64,000 nt of DNA from assembly GCF_001194135.2 (NCBI RefSeq), contig NC_068989.1:63471673-63535672 (forward strand), read 5' to 3'. Origin of the DNA: Octopus bimaculoides (taxonomy: Eukaryota). Positions 13,641 to 26,359 of the stretch are shown piece after piece. The position numbers and the translations under genes were made by a program. Below the pieces are notes generated by a model, which had not been told where the DNA came from, made no database searches, and saw only the letters and a program-made list of their open reading frames with translations. Each line of letters starts with the position of its first letter. Positions within the stretch are counted from its first letter, which is position 1.

Positions 13641-13822
13641 NNNNNNNNNNNNNNNNNNNNNNNNNNNNNNNNNNNNNNNNNNNNNNNNNNNNNNNNNNNN
13701 NNNNNNNNNNNNNNNNNNNNNNNNNNNNNNNNNNNNNNNNNNNNNNNNNNNNNNNNNNNNNNNNNNNNNNNNNNNNNNNNNNNNNNNNNNNNNNNNNNNN
13801 NNNNNNNNNNNNNNNNNNNNNN

Positions 13823-14535
13823 ATATATATATATATATACATACACTTACTTGGATATGGATGCGTGGCGCACTATGACATAATAATATAGATAATATAT
13901 AAATATATGCATATATACTTACATATATGTACATACCTACATATATATGTATATATACATTCATATATGGGTACAGGACAAAAGGCTACGTGAACAAATG
14001 AGAAACGGGAACATAAAAACAAAAAAAAATACAAAACGAACTTCTTTTCGAACAACGAAAAAGCAAATAGAGAAACGAGACTGGCAACACAACGAACATT
14101 ACCTTCATCAGTTGTCCCCAGTTTTAACTATTCCGCGTTTCGAAGTTAGGGAAAAGACGCGACTTCGTTAAAACAGTCCTTCCCGCAAAGCAAAGTAAGT
14201 AAAATTAGGAATTTTTTGCGGAGAGTTAAAGTGGTAACAAAAACAGGACAGTAAGAACAAAACAGTAAACACAAACGGTGAGGTCTGTTAAGCAAAGACG
14301 ATGTGAATTGGTGAACGCTGGAAAAACGAGCTTTGAGAAGAGATAAGTAAAAGCACGTCTTGTCTTTAGGAAGTGGAAGAAAGAAAGATAGCCGTTGGTC
14401 ACGTGTGAGCAACGAAAGAGTCAAGGAGCAGGAGTGAGAGAGAGAGAGGGAACTATGAAGGGGAGAGGAGTAGAGTAAGGAAAGGGTGGGAGAGAAAAAC
14501 AGAAAGGAAGATGAAGAAGAGAGAAATCGATGCTG
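13823..14535 (-). mobile_element. copy 2 of the 8150-8830 repeat
   Basis: Shared blocks such as CTTCCTAAAGACAAGACGTGCTTTTAC and GGGGACAACTGATGAAGGTAATGTTC; terminates in (TA)n. Confidence 0.75.
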
Positions 14536-15159
14536 CAAAATTTTTGCTCAATCGGACAACTGCATTGTGACCCTCATCGATTATGAAATTTTGAACTTTT
14601 CGTTCGGAAAGTTATTTTGTCAGATAAAAAATTTTAATCTCTTTTATAATTTTCTCTTAAAGTAAAAACTTGCTCAGATTTATTCTTGGTAGAAGAATGT
14701 ATATAATGGGGAAGGCAACTTGCAAAGTTGGGGATAGAGCGCAAGTATAGGGCGAACACTTATTTTTCACCGTCATCTCAACACTACCATTAGGGTATGA
14801 GTTGCTTTCATCCGTTGAAAGAATTGTACTGCACCTAATGGTATTGTTCAGAAATAAAATATTGAGAAATATATGATAGTGATAAACAGTGAACTAATGT
14901 GTCTTGTCCGCGTTTGTAAATATAAGTTAATTTGTTTGTAATGACTTGTAAGCATTCATTCATTTTATGGTGGCACGTTATGATACAGAATTTCTCCTGT
15001 TGTTTTGCTAACCCTGACAAAGTTGTAATACCATGTTTATGACCTCTCCGATTTTACATTGTTATGTGCTTTGTATACTTAGTATCAATGCCTTAACAAA
15101 ATTTAGAGAAGAGAGGCACCTAGAAATACACACAAATTTAACCTAAACGACTGTCAAGA

Positions 15160-16000
15160 ATTAGAGTTGCACTGGGACTGAATCAGTGTTGCACTGAGCT
15201 GGAAAGCTGCTCCCAGCACTCACAGGCGTTGAGAAGGCAATAATAGTAACGTTTCAAAGCAAGGGGAAATTATTGGGAGTCCCTGAAATTCCAACATCTT
15301 CAGGAGAGCGGCAAGCCATGGCTGTTTACCAAGCAGCGGAGAAGTGGGGTATAACCCACAAAATTCAGGCACTTTGCTGTGATATAACAACAAGCAACAC
15401 AAGTCGAGTGAATGGTGACAGTACAATCTACAAAAGTTGTTTAATCTCGATCTGTTGTACTTCCTTTCCCGTCATCACATTTAGTTAGTTTTAAGAGCTG
15501 TTTTGACTCACTGATGGGTGCAAATTCTCGTCCAGACATGGCGCTTTTAAAAAGATTTAGAGAAACCTGGAAGAAACTCAACAATATTGTTGTAAATAAA
15601 AATGCGTTTCTCTTATAGAAGTTGTGTGCTTTATTAAGAAAACCTAATATTTCTTAAGTGTTTCATCTTATTTCAGGAAGGTTTCAAATTAGCTTTTGGT
15701 AAATGTGATTCAGAACGTTTGTAAACATCTGTTGGTTTTGCCTGGATGTGTCCACATAAATTTCTCTAAGCAGAAAAAAAGAAAATGGTCGAGAAAAGGA
15801 ACAGTATACCGCTTTTGAACAGAATTAATCGTTGCGTATACTATGTTCCAACTTCAAGGCGTTTGAGGGTCACCTGGCTATTATCCGATTAAGCTGAATT
15901 TTTGCACGCCCTGTTGTTTTGTTTATTGAAACAGGATTAGGGGTTGGGAATAGCAAAATTGTAACTCTCGAAAAATTACCTATTTTTAAAGGCCACTCCA
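15160..16000 (+). mobile_element. decayed hAT-superfamily-like (hATm-like) transposase with putative 3' end
   Basis: LHWD..GKLLPALTG..LLGVPEIPTSSGERQAMAVYQAAEKWGITHKIQALCCDITTSNT, RPDMALLKRFRETWKKL, AEKKKMVE; possible terminus GGCCACTCCA at ~16000. Family name from recall. Confidence 0.6.
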
Positions 16001-17241
16001 ATGTATGTGTATATATATGTATATATATATATATATATCGCTTTGATAAATATAATTCAAAAGAGTAAATTATTTTTAGATGTTATGAAGAAATAACTCG
16101 TGAGTTTGTTGAGTGAGATGCAGCAAAACTTTAGACCTGGAACTCTATACATTCTACAGATTACAAGTGACAGGAAGGGAATTGTAGATACTTTAAATAT
16201 AAAAACGCGTCTCACTTATTGTTAATTATAGAAATTTGCTGACAAACCTAACCGGATAACGAAAGATATATGCGGAAGTAATTTGTTTATATGCACAGAG
16301 ATACCTCTACATGTGTGCGTGGGCTGCACGATGGTCTAAGTATGTGTGTGTGTGTGTGTGTGTGTGCATAATAATCAAAAGAACTGTGTAAGTGTTTGCT
16401 TTATCAATGATATTTAGAAACATATAAGTAATTCAATAATAATTGTTGTTACTTTAAAAAAAGAAACAAGATAAAAGCCAACTGCACTCCCCAGTTACAA
16501 AAACCTGGAGCCCAGGAGGTGCATAAAGTGAAAAGAATCATTGTGACGTCAGAAACGCAATGTTATAGAAGTTACCGTTCCAAATACAGGATGTCGAACT
16601 AACGAGTGTGTGATGAGAAAGTTGATAGGGAGATGGCAACATGTGATATTCTTCAATCTTTAGCTAAATGTCGGAAAGTGGAGATGTTTTGTCATTTACA
16701 GGATACTGTGAATCCTAAACATGCAGACAGTCTATAAAATTTCCTGCGGAAACTACATAGGATGTCGTTGAACAATATTATTATATAGAAGACTGAAATA
16801 GATGACCGGAAATATAGAAATGGATTTGTCTTTCATTCTCTATACCCTCGTCATCTCCACATTGTGAGTGTTAGTTTATTAAATGGAATAAATATGTATA
16901 GTTAATTTGTATGATTTATATACGCGTGTGCATGTGTGCAAATATAGATATACATATACACACATTTAAATATTTCTAACATATTCCTCTAAATCAATTC
17001 ACGTGTACATGTGTGTGTGTGCCTCTGTGTGTGTGTATGTATGTATGTATGTATGTATGTATGTATGTATGAATGTATGTATGTATGTATGCGTATATGA
17101 TTATAGAGATTGTATACATTTACGTATCTTCTATATGAAGGTACGTACGTATATATGTAGGTAAGTATATGTGTACTTATATTTTTGCATATATATATAT
17201 ATATATATATATATACATGTGTTTGTGTAAATATAAATATA

Positions 17242-17279
<38 letters not shown>

Positions 17280-18445
17280 TGTATGTATGATTGTAGATAC
17301 ACATTTATGTATGTATGAGTAGATGTCAATGTTAATAAGCATTTATATATGGCTGACATTTTACTGTGTAAACAGGGTCATGAATATTCATACAGAACAT
17401 ACACACACATCTGCATTCACACACACATTAACACACATATATATATATATGCGTGTGCGTGTATATGTATGTGAGTGTATGTATACATCCGCATATATAT
17501 GTACTTAAGTATATACACGCGCATACACACACTGGACATAGATATATTTTAAAATGCGTATGTCACTTGTCAGTGTTTGTGTACAGCATTACACTTAATC
17601 AAGAATATTGACAGCCCTGGAATTAATTTCTTTATCCAAGCATGATGCAACGATGGAAAGTAAAGCATTTACCGAACGACTTACTTTCTGGTAAACCATA
17701 CCTAATAATCTAACGCCAATATCTTCTCTCTAAATCACAGGCATAATTCAGTGAACTACGCTTGACTGATTACTGTATGTTCCAGTCAAATAAATGAGGC
17801 GTTACGGTAACCAAAAGCTTTGTTCTGTTTCAGCACCATTGTTTTGCATCTTGTAAGAATTAATGCTGAATATTTATTTATTCTCACCAATACATAGCGT
17901 TTATGTTAGTATAGCCGCATTGTATCAAAAGACCGGTCCAAAAACTCCAAACTACAAATACATAGAAACCACGATGTGTGGTTTGACCTTAATCTGCTAT
18001 AAAATGGGATAAAACAATCAACAGTTTGTTTTTGTTTTTTTGTATTTTTCATAAGAGATGAGAATTTTTCAATGTCTGTGTGAGTGAAATTATCTTATTA
18101 TTTTTACTGGTTTATTTGGTCTTCGTCTTCGCTAATCGTGCCTTGCGGACATTTATTGTGGTTTTGGAGTCAGGATTTGACTGCTATTTTTTTCAGCGTG
18201 GTGGTATCTCTTGATACCCTGTATTATAATTTTAAATAATTATTACCTTTGATGGTTTTTATTCCCATGCTGACCACTTGATAAGATCAATATTTTAAAT
18301 ACCAATCTTATCCTTATTTATATAAATATATATATATATATATATAGACAGACAGAGACAGAGAGAGAAAACAGTTATTTTATTGCTCATTAGTAGAAAT
18401 ATAGGCAAAATAGAAGTTGAAACTGCACTGAGAATACTCTCTACC

Positions 18446-18834
18446 TACTCTTTACTCTTTTACTTGTTTCAGTCATTTGACTGTGGCCATGCTGGAGCAC
18501 CAACTTTAGTCGAGCAAATCGATCCCAGGACTTATTCTTCGGATGCCTAGAACTTATTCTATCAGTCTCTTTTGCCGAACCGCTAAGTTACGGGGACGTA
18601 AACACACCAGCATCGGTTGTCAACCAATGTTGGTGGGGACAAACACAGAGACACACATACAGACATATATACATATTCGACGGGCTTCTTTCAGTTTCCG
18701 TCTACCAAATCCACTCACAAAGCTTTGGTCGGCTCGAGGCTATAGTAGAAGACACTTGCCCAAGGTGCCACGCAGTAGGAATGAACCCGGAACCATGTGC
18801 TTGGTAGGCAAGCTACTTACCACACAGCCACTCC
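18446..18834 (-). mobile_element. CORE-type tRNA SINE, family B (GGCGCAGGAGTGGCTGTGTGG head; GTAAAAGA tail)
   Basis: Near-identical inverted copy of 30358-30782; CORE-like GGCACCTTGGGCAAGTGTCTT. Confidence 0.9.
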
Positions 18835-18839
18835 TTATA

Positions 18840-19897
18840 TATTATATTTAACGATTTAATTGGTTTCACAGTTTCAACTGATTTTCAAAAATTTGAAATG
18901 GAGCGATGTAGCTTATGTCGCAGCTATATTGCTTCTGACTAGTGTTTGAAGCTTACCCCATTTTCATAGGGCGTGCATGGCTCAAATCAGTATATGTTGT
19001 GAATAGAATTTGATTGGTTGAGGGTAGTGAAATGATTGGTCAGTGAAATTTTTGTAGGTTCCTCGCTACGTCCGTGAGTTAGTATCAAGTGAAAATATTT
19101 AGCGTCGTAGGTTAAGGCTGAAACGGCTGACTGAACAAGTCTAGTGGTAATACTAAACAATCAATGCTCTGAATGTTTTCTGTCAAGTGTTTGTAGAGAA
19201 TGAACACGTGATTAAATTTAGATCCGTCTGTACGTTTCCCGCTACGTCCGTGGGTTTGTGTCCCGTGGCAGTATATTTTGCGCCCAAAATGAAGACCGAC
19301 ACGGTTGATCGAACATCTTTAGTTACAGTCAAGACACTCTAAATTATATCTGTCTGGTGGGAGAGTAGACAAAGCCGTTTGTATGTAGTCCAGTGTCTAA
19401 AGTTTAAATTCGTAGTTCTGATGGTTTCCCAGTATGGGTTTGTGTGTGAATAGTTATTTGTGTATATACTTTGCTAAAGTGTGTTAAGTCTGGGTTTGAA
19501 CTTTTGTTTGAAAGTATTCTCTTTGTTCATCAGTGCTTCGTCTGTGGTATTCCCTTTAACAAAGTACATACACAAATATCTATTCACACACAAAACTCAT
19601 TGTACCACCTAACATGAGAAACCTACATAGCTACAAACTAAACATTAGCTAATGGACTACATACAAACAACTCCTGTCTACTCTCCCACCAGACAGACCA
19701 GTCATATGACTATCCTCTACCAATCAAACCGTATTCAAAACATATACAAATTTGAGACATGAACTTCCTATAGAAATAGGGCAAGCTTGAAACACTAGTC
19801 AGAAGCTAAACAGCTGCGACATAAGCCATGTCTTTCTATTTCAAATCTTTGAAAATCAGTGTAAGCCGTGAGACCGATTAAATCTTTAAATATAATA
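18840..19897. mobile_element. foldback-like element with long inverted repeats
   Basis: 18840-19040 matches the reverse complement of ~19700-19897; 19350-19480 matches the reverse complement of ~19550-19700; no ORF. Confidence 0.75.
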
Positions 19898-21235
19898 ATA
19901 AAAAATAATTATCTATTCTCAGTGCATTTTCAATTTCTATTTCTCCCTATCTNNNNNNNNNNNNNNNNNNNNNNNNNNNNNNNNNNNNNNNNNNNNNNNN
20001 NNNNNNNNNNNNNNNNNNNNNNNNNNNNNNNNNNNNNNNNNNNNNNNNNNNNNNNNNNNNNNNNNNNNNNNNNNNNNNNNNNNNNNNNNNNNNNNNNNNN
20101 NNNNNNNNNNNNNNNNNNNNNNNNNNNNNNNNNNNNNNNNNNNNNNNNNNNNNNNNNNNNNNNNNNNNNNNNNNNNNNNNNNNNNNNNNNNNNNNNNNNN
20201 NNNNNNNNNNNNNNNNNNNNNNNNNNNNNNNNNNNNNNNNNNNNNNNNNNNNNNNNNNNNNNNNNNNNNNNNNNNNNNNNNNNNNNNNNNNNNNNNNNNN
20301 NNNNNNNNNNATATATATATATATATATATACATATATAGCATAAATGTGTGGTTGATTTCTAAGTTCTAATCGAACGTTTTACCTCCTCAGCTGATAGC
20401 CGTCCGATCCTACTATTACTACTATTACACATAATTTTATATCTAAAACTTCCGTGAAACTTCTATAATGAATCTTCTCCAATATCTCAAACTTGATGTA
20501 AAGGTTTATCATACTGAACACATTTGCGTGCTTTCAATTAATCTTCTAACCCTCGTTTAATTATATGGACAATAAACTTCATCCACAAAACTATATTAAA
20601 CCCAAGTTATGAAACTGACCACTAATAGTATGAAAAGCAACTTATTTAGAAATCAATAAGTTAATTTTGATCCCAGACATTTATACCACATAACTGTCAT
20701 TCTCCTGGAGTGCTGATATTAAAAAAATGATGAAAACCCACGTTGGATATAATTTCCGGAGAGCACACTGAACTTACTCAACTATATAGACACCATTAAA
20801 AGTTGCCTGCTTTGGCCCAGTATAGCCTTAGAGCACATAAATGATATTGAAATGATAAAGTTGGTGAACATATTAATTTATGACAATAATTAATAAGCTA
20901 CCTTTGTATACTAAAATAAAATCTAAATTAAAGCTGACAGTAAAAATATACGCAACTAACATGTTATACCATTTCTGGGTTTTGTCAAAGAGAGAACACA
21001 GTTTAAAAATAAGATTTTCGTTCTTGCTGTGGAAGAAACATTAACGATATGGACACAATAGCCAACTTTGTATAGTTTATATCATAATAAAATAGCTTCT
21101 TTTAGCACAGTTTTATAAGACCAGGAGACGCTAAGTGAACTAGGAGTTTTAACATTGCCATAGCGAAGATTCGGCGATGCTATAACTTTTCTCCAGCTTC
21201 TAAACATACACACCTACTTTATATANNNNNNNNNN

Positions 21236-21279
<44 letters not shown>

Positions 21280-22953
21280 AGCAGAAACATCCATCATTGA
21301 CTGGATTGAAAAACGCTACCAAAGTTATACTATGAATATTGAAACTTATTCACTTAGATATGGCTGTTAACTGTCATGTAGATGATAGTGCTGTATCTTT
21401 CCGGCCAACATTAAGAAATGACTGTCAACTTTCATGTGGACGATAGAGCTGTCTCCTTCCGGCCAATATGATCATGGATGCATATAAACTTCTGATCTAT
21501 GATCTCCAGTGTTTCAGTCTATAAATGAAGCAAACATGTCTAATACAAGATAGCTAAATATAAGTTTGGGGAAAACTAAAAACGTCCTATAATTTATTGA
21601 ATTTAAGTATTACAAGAAACAAAAATACAAATAGGTTTTCTTAGACGAATATAGAATAACAATGAGAATATTAATACAAAGTTATTATTCATCCAGCAAA
21701 TTTTAGTCTGTTGATCCCATGCTAAAAACTTCCTAATAAACAATATTTATCAGTAGGGTCAAAGCATGTCATTGCTTTGGGGTAGATAGAATAAGTAAAT
21801 ATTAAACTCTAAGATCGTCGATGTAATATATTCACCAACTACTCAAATATATGGGGCTTGTCCCAAAATTGGAAACCGTTATATATGTTAATCATCATAA
21901 TACGAACACAATTCTCACCGTTGTTTTCTCTCTATTTTTCTGATCTCATCTCTCTCTGTCGAAGAGTTTGGGCACAAATAGTCAAAGACTTCTCCATTCT
22001 TCCACAGCATCAAACTAATAGACCTACATGTTCTTCCCTCACACGTCTTTGTCTTTTGTATTCTGTACATTTAATCAATAGGTGTATATATATATATATA
22101 TATATATATAGGTGAGAAAGTTGGTATGTGAAAGCACGTGGTTGGATGTATAAAAGATAATAAGAGTGAAAAAACTACAGAAGGATTGTGTTACTTGGTT
22201 AAAGTATATATTCAAATTATGTCAGAAAAATGTTATACAATTTTTTGGGTATATAAACATTGTATTTGGAGAAATTATTTCTCCAAATACAATGTTTATA
22301 TACTAAAAAAATTTTGGTATATANNNNNNNNNNNNNNNNNNNNNNNNNNNNNNNNNNNNNNNNNNNNNNNNNNNNNNNNNNNNNNNNNNNNNNNNNNNNN
22401 NNNNNNNNNNNNNNNNNNNNNNNNNNNNNNNNNNNNNNNNNNNNNNNNNNNNNNNNNNNNNNNNNNNNNNNNNNNNNNNNNNNNNNNNNNNNNNNNNNNN
22501 NNNNNNNNNNNNNNNNNNNNNNNNNNNNNNNNNNNNNNNNNNNNNNNNNNNNNNNNNNNNNNNNNNNNNNNNNNNNNNNNNNNNNNNNNNNNNNNNNNNN
22601 NNNNNNNNNNNNNNNNNNNNNNNNNNNNNNNNNNNNNNNNNNNNNNNNNNNNNNNNNNNNNNNNNNNNNNNNNNNNNNNNNNNNNNNNNNNNNNNNNNNN
22701 NNNNNNNNNNNNNNNNNNNNNNNNNNNNNNNNNNNNNNNNNNNNNNNNNNNNNNNNNNNNNNNNNNNNNNNNNNNNNNNNNNNNNNNNNNNNNNNNNNNN
22801 NNNNNNNNNNNNNNNNNNNNNNNNNNNNNNNNNNNNNNNNNNNNNNNNNNNNNNNNNNNNNNNNNNNNNNNNNNNNNNNNNNNNNNNNNNNNNNNNNNNN
22901 NNNNNNNNNNNNNNNNNNNNNNNNNNNNNNNNNNNNNNNNNNNNNNNNNNNNN

Positions 22954-23877
22954 AATTTCCAGAATAAGACCAAAACGTTTTGATAGAAACCATCGGACTC
23001 TTATGCGAATTGTTAAAAAGGTTCAGAAAGGTACAGCTCCCAAAATTAATGCAGAGCTTAATGACGACCTCGAAATCCCAGTTTCCAGCAATACAGTTCG
23101 CTGGAAGCTTCACAAAGTCGGATTTCACGGGAGGGCTGCAATCAGAAAATCACTACCTTCAAAAACAAACGTTACAAAGTGTTTAGAGTGGAGTAAAAAC
23201 CTACAGAATTGATCCCTAGAGTAGTGGAAGAATGTTATTTTCTCGGACGAGTTATTCTTTACCTTATTTCCGACTACCGGCCGAGTATACGTGTAGAGAC
23301 AGCCAAACGAAGAATTTGATCCAGACTGCCTTCTTCCAAATGTTAAACATGGAGGAGGTTCTGTGATGATCTAGTGGGGCTATATCTTAGAATTCCGCCG
23401 CCCAATGGTTTCCCTTCATGGTAGAATTAAGAGTCAAGACTTTTAGGCCTTTTATCTGAATCAAATTCATCCTATGGTTGCGGAACTGTTTCCAGAGGGA
23501 AACGCATTCTTTCAGGATGATAACAAACCAAATCACACAGCTAAAATTGTTACTGAATGGCATGAGGAACATTCTAGTGAAGTTGAACATCTTATCTGAC
23601 CAACACAGTCCCCAGATCTCAATATTATTGAACGTTTATGGTGCATTTTAGTAAATCAAGTAAGGATTCGATATCCTCCACCGTTATCACTGTAAGAACT
23701 GGAGACTGTTTTAGCTGCAGAATGGATAAAAATTCCTTTGGAAAACAATTGAAACTTTTCACGAGTCCATACCTCATAGTATTTAAGCTGCAATATCTGC
23801 CAAAGCTAGTCCTAACCCACATTAAACTAAATTTGTTTAGATTTTCAGATGTTTCCATTATTTTGTCCAACCCCCGA
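22954..23877 (+). mobile_element. Tc1-like transposase pseudogene (DD36E) with 3' TIR; 5' part lost in gap
   Basis: FSDE, KHGGGSVM, FQDDN..36 aa..NIIE motifs; in-frame stops; terminal TTTCCATTATTTTGTCCAACCCC. Confidence 0.9.
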
Positions 23878-23891
23878 ATATATACCGCACC

Positions 23892-23937
<46 letters not shown>

Positions 23938-25309
23938 TGTAGACTCACATGTATGTATATCTGTATGTATTTTTGTTATTTTACAACAAAATTATTGCCA
24001 TTAGGAATTTTATGCACATTAATGAGATCTCAATTGACGTATTTTTGAATTTAGTCTAGAGAAGATAAGTTCTGCATATACATACACACTTANNNNNNNN
24101 NNNNNNNNNNNNNNNNNNNNNNNNNNNNNNNNNNNNNNNNNNNNNNNNNNNNNNNNNNNNNNNNNNNNNNNNNNNNNNNNNNNNNNNNNNNNNNNNNNNN
24201 NNNNNNNNNNNNNNNNNNNNNNNNNNNNNNNNNNNNNNNNNNNNNNNNNNNNNNNNNNNNNNNNNNNNNNNNNNNNNNNNNNNNNNNNNNNNNNNNNNNN
24301 NNNNNNNNNNNNNNNNNNNNNNNNNNNNNNNNNNNNNNNNNNNNNNNNNNNNNNNNNNNNNNNNNNNNNNNNNNNNNNNNNNNNNNNNNNNNNNNNNNNN
24401 NNNNNNNTATATATACATATATATATTGCGGTTGTATGTTCGGGTATAAAAAAATATGATGTATACATACAAACACATATCATTGTAGCATATTTTCTGG
24501 TCAAGAGGAATATGTGCTTCGAATATATTCTTAGAAGTCAGTGTTAGAATTACATTTTCATTACTTTATCCCTTATTTTTTTCTGTAAAGTCATTCTTTT
24601 TCTTTTCGGCTCTTGTAGAAAATTACGATATTCATTTTTAGATGAAATAGTTAATGTGAGAATTTAAATACCTCTATATTTCAATAGGTTGAATTAAGTT
24701 CGGTAATAAAAAATATTAAGCGATACAATTAAAAGTAGACGACTGTGTTAGAGTAACGAAAATATTAAATGGAAGCACAATATGCCATGTGGTATAAATA
24801 TATACATGCTTTTAATGTATCTTCTCCAGACACAGTTAATAAAAAATTCAATTTAAAAATAAGCCCAACATTAATGTGCGTAAAAGTAATAATGGCAATA
24901 ATTTTTGTCGCAAATATAACCAATATACAGTTTTTGAGCAAATCTTTTTATCAATGAATGCAATAAACATGGAATTAGTTCTTGTTCTGGAGCAATAATA
25001 TCATGAAATATAATGATGTCTAAAACGGAAAGAGACTAGATTATAAATCATGTCATATATTATGGTAAATACATATATTTTCTCTGATTAAAAGCTCGTT
25101 TATCTGGTTCTTGCAGTAATAAATTTATTTTTGAAATACAGATATCGTAAATTAAAGAATGGAAAACTTTATATAAAGTTATTCATTAGATACACGACCG
25201 ACTATTTCGATAGTTTGCATAAAAAGAAAAGAAAACACAATATCCCATTCCACCCAAAAATATTAATAAAAAAAATAGATCATCTACAGTATCGCTGGGA
25301 GATAACACT

Positions 25310-25460
25310 TTAATCAAAGTACCCGTCTTCAGATTTCACCACAAACCTCAAGAAAGCTTCGGAACCTCACTCATGCATGCTTCATTGTGTACCTGATTGC
25401 TTCTTTGATCTTGCAAACCAGCTCAGCCTTGCTGTTACAGGCAGAACTGTTAATTTCAAA
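25310..25460 (-). mobile_element. Tc1/mariner-superfamily transposase C-terminal fragment
   Basis: INSSACNSKAELVCKIKEAI..HA*VRFRSFLEV.VKSEDGYFD*, typical of Tc1/mariner C-termini. Confidence 0.55.
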
Positions 25461-25564
25461 TAGGAATCAATTTCAGCAGACATTGAGGGTAGTATGCAGA
25501 TAAACAAATTAAATATATTAAACATAACAGCTTCAGTATAAAATACAAAATATGTATATATGTA

Positions 25565-26359
25565 CATGGTCTGAACAATAAGTATCCGGACTGTGGCTTT
25601 AGTATCGACACTAAAGCACTCAGATAGTTCAGCTGTGCATGCGCACTAAGTTTTAGCGTTCTAACTCACTTCCGCTGTTTACAACAGTGCTTGAAAATAA
25701 CGTGTGCAATGTGTGGTCATCGCATTGAACATGACGGAGAAAGTTGAGCAAAGAATCTGCATTAAATTTTACCAAAAGCTTAGTGATTCCTGCTTAGAGG
25801 CCTATGAAAGTTTTCAAAAAGTTTTCATCGTTCTCGACACAGTCAAGGAGATTTTGTGCAACTGAAACCCGAGTGTTTTTTTTTTGGTCAGCTGAAAACA
25901 GTTTTGGCAGACACTCGTCTCATACCCAAATCTTCAATGATAATAGACTGAACTGTAACCAATCTGCACATCCTCTGATAACTCACAGATAGTGATTCGA
26001 CGATTTCCCCTGACGGTTGCACGCACATCTCCGACGTTTTTCTCAGTTCTGCTGTTTGTGGGTATTCCGGAAAGTTTGTCACTATCGACAATTTTCGACC
26101 ATCTTGGAAACGTCTGAACCACTCGTATACTTGTATGCGATTCATACATTCCTTTCGATACACTTTCTGCAACTTTACTTAGGCGTCTGAGCAGGTATCA
26201 TCATGACAACTGTAAACAGGAAAAGTGAGCTAGAACGTTAAAACTTAGTGCGCATGCACAACAGCGGTCGAGATCAGTCTGTGCCAAGCGGCTTCACTCT
26301 CCATGTTTTAGCTTCGTTACTATGGCAACATTCCGGATATTTATTGCTCAGACCCCGCA
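25565..26359. mobile_element. non-autonomous mariner derivative made of two inverted 5' halves
   Basis: TIR GGTCTGAACAATAAGTATCCGGA / TCCGGATATTTATTGCTCAGACC, TA flanks; plus strand MTEKVEQRICIKF from the left end, minus strand VYEWFRRFQDGR..LGMRRVSAK from the right end. Confidence 0.85.

Noticed and set aside
15660-15710. Possible micro-exon after TTATTTCAG
   Set aside because: Lies within the decayed hAT-like transposase; no independent support.
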